Of a DNA stretch of 64,000 nt, positions 38,593 to 50,559 are shown piece by piece. The position numbers were made by a program, and so were the translations under genes. Source of the DNA: Octopus sinensis (taxonomy: Eukaryota); assembly GCF_006345805.1 (NCBI RefSeq), contig NC_043003.1, positions 18,600,001 to 18,664,000 of the forward strand, written 5' to 3'. The notes beneath the pieces were generated by a model. That model searched no databases. It had not been told where the DNA came from and worked only from the letters and a program-made list of their open reading frames with translations. The first letter of the stretch is position 1. Each line of letters opens with the position of its first letter.

Positions 38593-38805
38593 ATATTATA
38601 TATATATATATATAATATATATATAATAATATATATAATATATATACACACATAAAACTTACTTGGAAAAGGATGCATGGCGTTCAATCGTATAATAATA
38701 TAAATATATACATACATATATGTACATACATGTATATATATATATGCATATATGGGTATAGGATATCAAAAAAACGTGGGACACAATGAGAAACGAAATA
38801 TAAAA
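38540..38805 (+). repeat. Near-identical duplicate of 36639-36834
   Basis: The ~160 bp after the TA array differs from 36672-36834 only in TA-unit number by my reading. Confidence 0.9.
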
Positions 38806-39654
38806 TGTCAAACTGGATATAATTTGGAGGATTTTACTAAGAGCCACATTAAAGAAACCACTTCCAATCACTAACAATAAATTTTATATTGGAAAGCTAC
38901 AGTTCTCTTATGAAATGTTGAGTCAAATGTCTACAGCACTTTGGTTAATGCTGGTGAATGTTCTGCTCATTTGTGTAATTGTATTCCTGTTATTTTACCG
39001 ATTTTCATTTTGATATCAAATCCAGTAACAGTCTATCAGATGACACAGCACTGATAGATTCATTCTGTTTTTTTCTTCTCTCTCAAAATATGCCACTAAC
39101 AACTTTTTGATATGATGGTAACTAAAATCAATTACATAAGGTCAATTAAGAAAGACCAAAAGTTATAGTGAGACAATGAGGTTGATTTGGTGCAGCTGTT
39201 TAGATGCCGGCAGTCTGACATGGCTGACCGACTGTAGAACCTGTTTTGGTGACAGTACTGGAGCGAAACACATGCAAAAATATACAGACACAGGGAAGGA
39301 GGACGAGATACAAGAGAAATATTAAAACGCCTGATGTCAAGTAAGTCAGTATCGAATCAGTGATGCCAAATCATCTCATATACCCTTGTAATAAATGGAT
39401 GTTTAGGTGAAATGCAAACTTTAATTTCACTGGAATCTAACAACTGATCAATCAAACCATTGCTCTCCCTCTGATGGGTAAAGGCCTTACCTTTTCTCCC
39501 CACAACTCTTGGCTTAGGTTGTCTGATCTCCCAAATTTTGTGATAGTTCTAATTTTCCTTGGGTATTTTACAGATGATGATACATGTACTTGCTTGGTTA
39601 ATTAAATGGCAGCCCTTGTAGCATAGCCTTCTTACTCCTCAGGGCTACAATACA

Positions 39655-39877
39655 ATCTTTACTATTCAGATTACTCTATCAAATGTAACATTTATTCACA
39701 TTGTTTTGAATTTATCCTGCATTAGCTTATAGCCTTGTGATTTCAATTATGTGACTAAATATATTCTTAGGCTAACATTGTAGGATAGGTGTGTGAGGCT
39801 GGGTTCTACTTAGTTTGAGTATAAAACAGGAAGAATATTTTAGCTGAATATGGCCAGTTTAAGGGCTGAATGGTTAA
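39655..39877. mobile_element. piggyBac-type MITE, second family (partial copy also at 45862-45955)
   Basis: Shared attcagattactct.tcaaat..cacattgttttgaatt body. Ends ...ggttaa at 39872, and the other copy begins ttaaccc at 45862. Confidence 0.6.
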
Positions 39878-40234
39878 CTTTGCCGATCCAACATGAATGA
39901 CTTCTGAATTTATTGGCATAAGAATCATTTTAATGTAAGAATGGTCAAGAGTAATTAATTATTGGAATATAGACAAATGTGTTGGTGGTAGTTTTATTAC
40001 TAGGCCAAAGAGCAAACAGTTCTATATTTCTAAAGCATTATTTACTTTTGAGAGCAACATCCATCCAACCAGAAAAAAATGACACATACAATGACTCTTG
40101 TAGGTGTGAACTTTGAAACAATATTGAATAATTGCTACATAAATTACTTCCTAGCTAGAAAGTTATTTGATTATAAAGGCATGATTGTATTCAAGAGTAA
40201 GCTGATATTTTGTAAATACATAAAGACATTTCAA

Positions 40235-40600
40235 TCTTGTACTTGTTTCAGTCATTTGACTGCAGCTATGCTGAAGCACTGCCTCAAAGGGTTTTAGTTG
40301 AAGAAATCAACCCCAGTGCTTATTCTATTGGTCTCTTTTGCAAAACCACTAAGTTACAGAGACATAAACACACCAGAATCGGTTGTCAAGTGATGACATG
40401 GGGGACAAACACAGACACACACATAAATATATATATATATACAATGAGCTTCTTTTAGCTTCCATCTACCAAATCCACTCACAAGGCTTTGATTGACCTG
40501 AAGCTATTGTAGAAAACACTTGTGCAAGGTGCCACACAGTGGGACTGAACCCGGAACCATGTGGCTGGGAGGCAAGCTTCTTACCACACAGCCATGCCTG
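40235..40600 (-). mobile_element. SINE family A, near full length
   Basis: Same architecture as 21725-22112. Confidence 0.92.
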
Positions 40601-40769
40601 AAAGTTTAGTAAAAGGGGGCATAAATAAAATCTGGTATACCTACAGAGCACACTCCAGATATGATTGTGACCCGGAAGTTACACAAGGAAAAAAATAGTC
40701 ATAATATTAAAATAAACTGATTGGTTTTTAATATTTATGATGATTCTTGAGTGTACCATATTCAATCAA

Positions 40770-40880
40770 GACTTCACATCGGATTGGAGCCTTGTGCAGC
40801 TGCTGGCTCTCCTGACCTCAGTCAAACCGTCCAACCCATGCCAACATGGAAAACGGACATTAAACAATGATGATGATGAT
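40770..40880 (+). mobile_element. RTE-type 3' tail fragment
   Basis: gattggagccttgtgcagc..ccgtccaacccatgccaacatggaaaacggacattaaac..gatgatgatg. Confidence 0.85.
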
Positions 40881-40947
40881 TTACTAAGTATGTCATGGTG
40901 GTAAAACACCTGGAAGCTGTCAACACCTGACATACAATTGTCCGCTG

Positions 40948-41200
40948 CATCATCATCATCGTTTAACGTCCATCCTCCATGCTAGGAAGGGTTGGACGGT
41001 TCGACCGGGGATCTGGGAAGCCAGAAGGCTGCACCATGCTCCAGTCTGATCTGGCAGTGTTTCTACAGCTGGATGCCCTTCCTAATGCCAACCACTCCGT
41101 GAGTGTAGTGGGTACTTTTTACGTGCCACCTGCACAGGTGCCAGGCGAGGCTGGCAACGGCCACGATCGGATTGGTGCATTTTACATGCCACTGGCACGG
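40948..41200 (-). mobile_element. RTE-type 3' tail element
   Basis: catcatcatcatcgtttaacgtcc..ggatgcccttcctaatgccaaccactccg..gtgccac. Confidence 0.9.
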
Positions 41201-41754
41201 AAAATTATGAGAAATAAGATTTCCTACAGAATTTCATAAGAAGAAAATCTAAATCATATATGTTGGAAGTATACATTAAAAGGAAAAACACTTGACACTA
41301 AATTCCCAGCCAAATTACAAATAACCTTTGAGACTACATGACCAACATGTAGGTAGTAGTGGTAGACCCAATGCAAATAAATATATGGAATATTATGAGG
41401 GGTGGGTCAACTGGAGAAGCTTCTCTTATACTGTTCTATTGGGAGGGTGGAAATTAAGTGAGGTGGAGGAGGGGGGGGTACATTTTGTGGCATATAACTA
41501 ATTTATATATTGTTAATGCCTATATTATTTTCCCTAAATCAATAGAATAAGCCAAAATGTTATGATCAATATTTTGGAAATAACATTATCAATCGTGTAG
41601 TTTGATTGAAAAAGAAAAAAAAAGGGGGAGGGTAATAGAAAGCAGTAAGACATAGCATATAAAGTTCACCCCCTCCCTGATATTTTTTAAAACTTTTTCA
41701 GTTCGAACAAACCAATTTGAATAGAAGGTAAAGAAAATTTAATGGAATGTTCTC

Positions 41755-41892
41755 TACAAAATATATACACACACACACACATATATACACACACATATGT
41801 ATATACACACATATATATATATACACACACATATGTATATACACACACATATATATATATACATACACATATATATATACATACACACACAC

Positions 41893-41927
<35 letters not shown>

Positions 41928-41930
41928 TTA
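41755..41930. repeat. Compound (TA)/(CA) microsatellite
   Basis: Direct reading. Similar compound arrays at 38545-38645, 53040-53230, 61100-61260 and 61660-61890. Confidence 0.95.
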
Positions 41931-42149
41931 TATTGATGGGCTCATTGAAATGTCTATTATGTGTAGTGTGATATAATGTAAGGTACACTTTGTATGAGTA
42001 GGGGTTTTGCAGCTTTTCATGATAGGAATTTTAATAAGTTGATTTACATCAGTATTTTTTTCTCCTAAACTCATCTACGTAAACATTACAATTTGAGCGG
42101 GGAAAACATTCAATGAGATGTGAACTTTTGTGAGCTAGAGATTACATAC

Positions 42150-42690
42150 TTTGTGAAAATCAAATCAAAACAAATCAAAATAGATGAACATCAATGGAAT
42201 TTGTATCTTTGTGGTACCAGTGCCGGTGGTACCAGTGCCGGTGGCACGTGGCACACAATAAAACCATCCGAACGTGGCCGTAGCCAGTACCGCATCGACT
42301 GGCCTCTGTGCTGTGGGCACGTAACAAGCACCATCCGATCGTGGCCGTTTGCCAGCCTCATCTGGCACCTGTGTCGGTGGCACATAAAAACACCATCCGA
42401 GCGTGGCCGTCTGCCAGCCTCGTCTGGCACCTGTGTCGGTGGCACATAAAAAACACCATACGAGCGTGGCCGTTTGCCAGCCTCGTCTGGCACCTGTGTC
42501 GGTGGCACATAAAATCACCCACTACACTCTCGGAGTGGTTGGCGTTAGGAAGGGCATCCAGCTGTAGAAACACTGCCAGATCTGACTGGACTGGTGCAGC
42601 TTTCGGGCTCCTCAGACCCCAGTTGAACCGTCCAACCCATGCTAGCATGGAAAGCGGACGTTGAATGATGATGATGATGATGATGATGAT
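42150..42690 (+). mobile_element. Young non-autonomous element with RTE-type tail and three internal 62-63-bp tandem units
   Basis: CpG-rich. Units start at 42329, 42391 and 42454. Tail equals that of the RTE at 36430-36625 and ends in (GAT)n. Confidence 0.9.
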
Positions 42691-43280
42691 GATTCCCATC
42701 ACTATTTCCATCCAAATCAGCAGTGTTATTAAAATCATTATCATTATTATTATTATTATAATTTTTCCCATTAAACACATTTATAAATATGTGCTGTATT
42801 CATATAAATTTACTGATTTGCTTTAAGTAATTTTCATTCTAATTTTAGTAATTGTCATTAAATTGATATTAATTTAGCAATTTAAAAATTTATTGGTTGA
42901 ATTTCTATAAATTATTACACAATTTCAATCAATGTTGCATTTTTCTTTTTTCTGGTACCAGTTGTAATTACATAGGAAAAGCAATGCAATACCTTTGCTT
43001 TCAATTTCTCTCTCCAAATATGCATTTACCTGTGCTTAAGAGTACAGGTATAGGAATTTCAATCTGCCTCCAGTAGTATATCTATGTTCATGAGTGATTT
43101 AAAAAATAAATATTGTGTTACGCATCTAATTTATTTGTAATTAGCATTGTTACAAAATCAATATTTTTCTTTTACTGGCTTCAGTTTTTCATCTGCAACC
43201 ATGTTGGGACACCTTTATCAGTGGCCTTAATTCTTTAATTCAATTACCTTGGCCCCCATTCTTTGTCTAGTACCTATTCT

Positions 43281-43511
43281 TATTTCTTTATTGCCCACAA
43301 GGGGCTAAACATAGAGAGGACAAACAAGGACAGACAAAGAGATTAAGTCGATTACATCGATCCCAGTGCGTAACTGGTACTTAATTTATCAACCCTGGAA
43401 GGATGAAAGGCAAAGTCGACCTTGGCGAAATTTGAACTCAGAATGTAGCGGCAGACGAAATACAGCTAAGCATTTCGCCCAGCATGCTTATGTTTCTACC
43501 AGCTCACCACC
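43281..43511 (-). mobile_element. SINE family B, full length, with TSD
   Basis: tagtacctattct (43268-43280) and tagtgcctattct (43512-43524), a 13-bp TSD with one mismatch. Confidence 0.93.
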
Positions 43512-44034
43512 TAGTGCCTATTCTATCAATACCTATTTACTGAATGGCTAAGTTACTCCTACAGCAAATGAACAGAACTTGTACAGAATATCAGAATATA
43601 TTTTCAATTTAATACATCGATTTATCAACAAGCCCTTATTTTCTGTGAGTGTGTATGTACAAAGATACAGATAGATAAGCAGATCTGATACAATTCCCAT
43701 CTCTCCAAACTTTTCTCATTCACCATTGGTCAACCCAAAGCTTTCATAGAAAGCATTTCTCCAGGTTGCCACGCAGTGCAATAAAACACAAACTGACATA
43801 GTTGCAAACACAGCCAGAACATTTCCACCCACCACCTAAATCAGATATTTTGTACATGCATGCATATGTGCTCATGTGCATGCATATGCATTGTTAACAA
43901 AAGGATGATAAGATCAGTTTCATTTCATTGCTCTTTAAAATGATCCTCCCATCCCACCTGCTTTACCTGCAATTATCTAATAAACTGATTAACAAATTTT
44001 TTAATGAACCCTTTGTGTCATGATATACCTTATA

Positions 44035-44246
44035 TCTTATCATCTGTTTCAATCACTGGGCTGTGGCCATGCTGGGCCACTGCCTTGAAGGGCTTAGTTG
44101 AATAAATTGTTCCCTAATGTCTATTTTCAAGTCAAGCATTTATTCTATCAGAATATTTTGCAGAACTGCTAGGTCACAGAGACATAAACAAATCATCACA
44201 ACTTGCTATGGGGTGGGGCAGGATGGGAGAAACAAATACAAAGATG

Positions 44247-44279
<33 letters not shown>

Positions 44280-44290
44280 GTATACAGGAA
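44035..44290 (-). mobile_element. SINE family A, 3' portion (a 5' fragment also at 43690-43815)
   Basis: tgtttcaatcactgggctgtggccatgctgggcc..gcagaactgctaggtcacagagacataaac. Confidence 0.7.
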
Positions 44291-45135
44291 ACTATATGGT
44301 AGTCCAAAATATTTCAGATGACAGAGTTACCATTGTTTAAGTGAATACACCTATAATATATTCTTTTGATTCTTTTCACCAGAACCCAACACTAGTAATG
44401 TATATTTTTTTTAAAATTTTATTTTATTTCTCAATCTTATGTTTTATCCAATTCTATAATCCAGTATGTGCAAAAACATTATAGTTTACAAATTTGTCGA
44501 CTGTGGCAAAAATATAGGTGCAGAGAATGCCTGTCAAATGTAAACACAAAAGCGTTCAGAGAGAATTTTGACAATAAAACTACAAAAAAAACTTGGCTAA
44601 TATAATCAAAATGATTAAACTGCAGCCAACAAAAACCACATTTTTGCACAAAAATTATTTTAAATGAAGCATATTAAAACTGTGCTTATGAATTTCAAAA
44701 ATAAACTACAAGTTTTAGAGATGTTTAAGAACTTCATTATAAAAAAAAAAACTTATAAACTTTTTATGAATCTTTATCAAGCAATTTTTAAAAAAAACTT
44801 TTAAAGTGAACATGTCTTCCTTAATATATTTTAATACATTTCCTTTAAAAAGATTTTTGTGCAAAAGTAGGGTTTTGTTTGTATGGGAAAATTATGTTGT
44901 GAGTTTTATCACCCTTTTTGTATGTGCATGTGTGTTTATATGAAGAAGAAAAAAGAGAAAACAAAATGAAATGATTGTAATGTGTTCTCTTCCCTTACAT
45001 GAGAAATGGATGATGCTATTAACATAATTAAACTGCTTATATAATGAAATACAAACAAGATGACCACTATAGTGAGAAGCTTTCATTCACATGACAGTGG
45101 ACATCATGTGCTTTATTCCAGAATGGTGGCCCAGA

Positions 45136-45370
45136 TAAGGTGGCGAGCTGGCAGAAACGTTAGCACACCGGGCGAAATGCTTTGTGGTATTTCGTCTGCC
45201 ACTGTGTTCTGAGTCCAAATTTCACCGAGGTTGACTTTGCCCTTTATCCTTTTGTGGTCGATAAATTAAGTACCAGTTACGCACTGAGGGTCGATGTAAT
45301 CAACTTAATCCATATGTCTGTCCTTGTTTGTCCTCTCAATTTTTAACCCCTTGTGGGCAATAAAGAAATA
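45136..45370 (+). mobile_element. SINE family B, full length, with 16-bp TSD
   Basis: agaatggtggcccaga at 45120-45135 and 45371-45386. Confidence 0.95.
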
Positions 45371-46472
45371 AGAATGGTGGCCCAGAAACAGCAAGAAAAG
45401 ACTACATGAAAGTCAAAGCACACACATTCATGCAGACCCACACATACACAACAAATTAGGACTGACCAAAAAAAACAAAAAAAAAAAAAACGAAGAATAA
45501 TGGTAAAAATTTCCATAACACACTTGAGCTAAAGTATGATTGTTGCATTCTAAGAAGTGACATATTTAATCAACATTTTATTTTAGGCTATAAACTAATT
45601 TGTTTAGTTTGTTGCTCTGTTACATAAAAAAAACATCAATGGATGCAAATGTTGAAATAAATTAATAACCACAGCACCTACCAAATCATAGGTTATTGTT
45701 ATCCAAGTTGCTGGAAATGGTTAAATCAAAGCTCAGTTACAAAGCTTGTTGACAACCTATCCATGTGATTAATGTGAAAATCATCACAAATGTAGCACAG
45801 TTTATGTGGGTTTACAAAGTATTAGATCTGTCATAAGCCCTAGCACTCATAAGGCCAGAGTTTAACCCATTAGCATTCAGATTACTCTGTCAAATATGAT
45901 ACATTGTTTTGAATTAATCATGCATTATCTTGAGGTTTTGATGATGTGATCGTTTATATTACTATAACGGGCATTATGTCTGTCTGTCTGTTACCCCTTC
46001 ACGGTCAAATAGCTGGATCAATGGTCATGGTGTTATTTGGGATTACGAAGGAGGTAATCAGGAAGATCTTTAGTGAAAAATGTGTGAGAAAGTATGATTA
46101 TTTAGTGGATATTGAGTTTTGTATTAATAAATCACCTTTGACTTTTTTTCATTAAAATTTTGGCAACGAGGATTAACTCTGGATCCCCCCTCACCCTGTA
46201 TAGTTTGTGAATTTAGAGGGTTTAGATTTACGATACTATCCCTTTATTTCCCATCATAGATGGGCAGATTTGCTATCTTACTATAGCGAGCTTTATGTCA
46301 GTCTCTTTGTCTGTTCCCTCTTCATGGCCAGATGGCTGGACCAGTGGTTACTATAAATTTTGGGATTACAAAGGAAGGATTTTAGCATTAAAAAATCAGA
46401 AAGTGTGATTATTTTGTGGATATCGATTTTTGAATTGATAAGCCACTTTTGCATATTACTGCACATACATAT

Positions 46473-46684
46473 TTAACCCTTTCTATACCAAATGACCTAA
46501 GACAGTCCCCGGTTGTATGATGCCGGCCTCTTGTTTTAAGAAATATAATTTTAAAAATTTTCACTGAAATTCCCTGTTCCAAACATCATATTAATAACAA
46601 CAAAGTTATTTTATTAAATTCTTCAGTATTTTCGAAAATAAAAGCAGTGTATTTCAGGGGAAATACAGTAGCAAAACAGTTCAG
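46473..46684. mobile_element. Degenerate piggyBac-type MITE related to 2706-2927
   Basis: ttaaccctttctatacc at the left end. The interior (aaagttattttattaaattctt) resembles the reverse complement of the 2706-2927 interior. Confidence 0.55.
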
Positions 46685-47479
46685 TCAATTACATTTTCCT
46701 TTTCTCTCCTCTGCTTAGTCTTTACACATTCTTTCTTTCTAAATTCTATGAAGACTAATAGAACTTCTATCAACTGACAGTTCTGACTATCATTTGCATA
46801 TCTAAATAAGTATCTCTTGTGGGAGAGGAGGTATGTCATACTGATGGGAGGTTGTGAGGATTCAAAAGAGGTGCAGTGGGAGCAGTCAGACTGCCATGTT
46901 TAATTATCTAAACAAGTTTGAAACTGTTTAAACTTGTGTAACACCACAATGAAGGAAGGAAAGATTATATGAAGGTAAACTATTATGTCTTTCATTGTAG
47001 TAGTTTCTGCTCTCAAAGTTGTTCAACTTTCAGCAAACTTCATGGTTCTTTCGTGCTGCATGCCATTTCAATTTTGAATTTGACACAGTGGATCAATATG
47101 CTTTCAAGAAAAACTGAGCAAGCTATCAATGGAATTTGACACAGATCTTCATAAACTTAAAGTTTATAAGCACTGTCCACCAAACATGGCTGCACAAACC
47201 AGAACAAAAGAAAAGAAGTGAAATAAATTAGTGATATCAAATGCCATATTTGATAAATTGACTAACTTGTTAACAGACACAGGTAGTCAAAAGATTATTT
47301 TCACATAGTATAATTATTAATTGCTAATTTGTTTAAAGCAATTAGCACTCCATGCATGCAATTTGGTCAGTATATTGGTGTACATACATCTGTATGTACG
47401 TACACATGTGTAAAGCTCAAATGTAAACATGAGGGTTACTTCTTATTACAAAAGAAATTAACAGTTCTTTTTTATCTTC

Positions 47480-47870
47480 TTTTTCTTGATTCAGTTACTG
47501 TACTGCGGTCATGCTGGAGCACTGCCCTGATGTATTTAGTCAAGCAAACTGACCTGAGACTTAGTCTATCACTCTCTTTTACCAAACTGCTGAGTTATGG
47601 GAGCATAAACAAATCAATACTGCTTGACAGCCAGTAGAAGAGGGGGGAGATAAACCCAGACAAAAAGGTACACACACATACACACATCTGTGTATATATA
47701 TATATATCTGACAGACTTCCATACAGTTTCCATCTATCAAATTCACTCACAAGGAATCGGTCGTCCTAGTGCTATAGTCAAAGACACCCGCCCAAGGTGT
47801 TGAGTAGTGGGACTGAACCCAAAGCCACAAGGTTACAAAGTAAGTGTCATACCCTGAGAGCCATATCTGT
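47480..47870 (-). mobile_element. SINE family A
   Basis: Head gggactgaaccc at ~47809 and the conserved tail at ~47490-47530. Confidence 0.85.
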
Positions 47871-47969
47871 GTCTGTAACTTATCAAGAAAATTTTATTCT
47901 CTTGGATCAAATGATATTATTATTCAGCATTCAATCTTTCATCAGTTTGAGTGGATCAGAGATTAAATA

Positions 47970-48125
47970 GTGGAGGCACATGGCTTAGTAGTCAGAGTGT
48001 TGGACTCGTGATTATAAGATTGTGGTTTCAATTCCTGGACTGGGCGATGCATTGGGTTCTTGAGCAAAGCACTTCATTTCACATTGCCCCAGTTCACTCA
48101 GCTGGTAAGAATGAGTAATCCTGCC
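47970..48125 (+). mobile_element. Third tRNA-derived SINE head (related head at 48655-48750)
   Basis: A-box-like tggcttagtag and B-box-like gtttcaattcc, followed by ttgagcaaagcacttcatttcacattgc. Not a complete tRNA cloverleaf. Confidence 0.7.
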
Positions 48126-49014
48126 TTCCACACATGTATAATAATATGAAAATATATTAATATCTACTTATGATATGCCATAAGGAAAACTTACGAGCAA
48201 AATTTCCAGTTTCAATTTTTCCAATTAGAAAAACTCATAGAACTCCTGAGTTAGTAAGCAAATAACCATGTCATTAAGCTGTTTCAATATTTAAACAGTT
48301 CAGCAGCAAATGCAATATCTAATGAAAATATCTTTTTTAGTAAGAAGTCATTATGAATCATGACATCTTAATGAGATACATATCTGTATAAGTTCAAATT
48401 TGATTAGGCTGTAGAAAATTAATCTATCAAATAGCAAACTTCCGTTTTCATTAATGTTATGAGTAATTTTCATTAAGCCTAATGGGATCTTCACTAACTG
48501 ACAGAAGAATTTAAAGGTTTCTGCAAGTAATTTTCTTCATTAGATAAGTATCGTGTACATTTTTAGCAACCCGGTTTTGTAACAGACACACCTAGTAAAA
48601 CCTGAAATTATACACCTTCAAGTTAAATTTTCTCATATTTTAGCAAGTAAACCTAAAGGGGCATTGCTTAGTGGTTAGAGTGTACAGTCATGATCACCAG
48701 ATTATGAGTTCAATTCCCAGACCTGTTGGCAAAACACTTCATTTCACATTGCTGTGACATGTTAAAGAATAGACTGAACATTTCCTCTGCATGTCAAAAA
48801 AGGCGATAGAATGAGGGCGAGGTAGGATGTGCACTCTGACCTCATAAATCCCTCATCAGTAACGATAGCCCAAACAGACCCATGGGTTGGAAGACTGTTG
48901 CCTGAGTGTTGCAAAGGCATCAAATGTAGTAGGGAGTCACCAACAAATTGTGGATGTAGCCATGTGCTGTTACAGTGCATGTACCCATACTATGACTACC
49001 ATTTAGCAAGCAAG

Positions 49015-49290
49015 ACGTAGGAGTGGTTGTGTGGTAAGTAGCTTGTTTACCAACCACATGGTTCCAGGTTCAGTCCCACTGCGTGGCACCTTGGGCAAGT
49101 GTCTTCTACTATAACAGATGCTGGTATGTTTGCGTCACCGTAACTTAGTGGTTCAGCAAAAGAGACTGACAGAATAAGTACTAAGCTGACAAAGAATAAG
49201 TCCTGGGGTTGATTTGCTCGACTAAAGGCGGTGCTCCAGCATCACCACAGTCAAATGACTGAAACAAGTAAAAGAGTAGAGTAAAGAGTA
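49015..49290 (+). mobile_element. SINE family A with central deletion
   Basis: The head joins directly to the tail module at ctata|acagatgctgg, so the internal microsatellite module is missing. Confidence 0.9.
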
Positions 49291-50279
49291 TACATAAGTA
49301 CATACTATGCATGATGTATGGATTATATGTATATGTGTATGAATGTGTAGAAGTATGCATAGGAGAGTGTGTATGTGTATATATGCATGTACACACACAC
49401 ACACACACACAAATATACTGGAATGAGGTGATTGGGAATGGCTGCTTAGATGCTGACAATTTGGCATGGCTGAATGGACATTCAACCTATTTTGACGACC
49501 ATACATTCTGGCACTGGAGTCAAATAAACGCGCGCGCGCATGTGTGCAGAAATATACAGAGAAAGAGAAAAGAACAAGACAAACATTAAAATGTCTGATG
49601 TCAAATAAGTCATCATTGAATCAATATTGCCAAATAAGCAATGCCAAAATGACTCATACCTTAAATGTAGAGTGTGTGTGTTCATTTCACTGTACTTCTG
49701 TCCTTTTCACCACAGACTAGTTTTGTCAGGTTAGTTTTCTATGACTGGATGGATGCCCTTCCTGTCACAAACCTTTACTTGTTTTGAAAGTAAAAGTATT
49801 TAGTCCTTCAGTCTTTCACACAGCAACTGTGCAATGGTAGGGCATGTTTGCATGGGAGGCATTAACACACAAACACACACTCATGCATGCAGTTTCCATT
49901 TACCAATTTTGCTCACAAGGCAAGGGTCAGCCCAAGGCTATAGTACAAGGCCACAGTCCACAATACAGCAGGAATGAATTCAAAACCACACGATATTGAA
50001 GCAGACTTTTTTGCCACATGGCCATACAATGGTTTTTCTCTCAGAGTAAAGAGCAAACTTTATGATACTTATGAATCGTGTGTGTTTGCTCTGACACCCT
50101 ACAACAGCCATCTTTATCTTCTTCCCAACTTTATATAATATGGAGTGGTCATGTGTCTCCTCTATAGCAAGATATCTGTGCTTGTTCCTCTAACACATTG
50201 TAACTTCTTAGCCCCTTCTCAAATAATCTTCCCACTTAACCAAAGGAACGTCTTCCCTGTACTTTCGCTATCTTCCAAG

Positions 50280-50500
50280 TTGCCTGGTGACCTGACTAGT
50301 ATTAATGGCATGGAAAAAGCACTCAGTATACACTGTGAAGTGGTTGATGTGAGGAAGGGCATCCACTCATAGAAACCATGCCAAAGCTGACATTGGAGTT
50401 CAAGACAGCCCTACAGCTTGATGGACCCTGTTAAACTGTCCAACTCATGCCAGCATGGAAAACAGTTTGTTAAATAATAATAATGATGATGATGATGATG
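50280..50500 (+). mobile_element. Degenerate RTE-type 3' tail
   Basis: gtggttgatgtgaggaagggcatcca..ctgtccaactcatgccagcatggaaaac..(gat)n. Confidence 0.8.
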
Positions 50501-50559
50501 AATGAAGTACAATGCTGTATGATAGTGAATGCAAAAGGTTTGTAATGGCTTGAAAGACG

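Noticed and set aside
39491-39600. Minus-strand open frame ending ...LWGEK|gtaagg (phase-0 donor)
   Set aside because: No polypyrimidine acceptor, no in-frame ATG, an in-frame TAA just upstream, and no liprin-like sequence.
41687-41988. Overlapping [12 protein letters not shown] ORFs (also near 38438-38877, 53003-53319 and 60963-61921)
   Set aside because: Stop-free readings of TA/CA microsatellites.
42329-42515. Regularly spaced repeats considered as a CRISPR array (also 63917-64000)
   Set aside because: The units are contiguous tandem copies without unique spacers, there are no cas genes, and the context is eukaryotic.
42120-42780. Cluster of 105-140-aa ORFs on both strands
   Set aside because: They arise from the GC-rich tandem units of a non-coding retroposon.
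47970-48060. tRNA-like sequence with A and B boxes (also the heads of SINE-A copies)
   Set aside because: No complete acceptor stem or cloverleaf. It runs into SINE body sequence, so it is not a tRNA gene.
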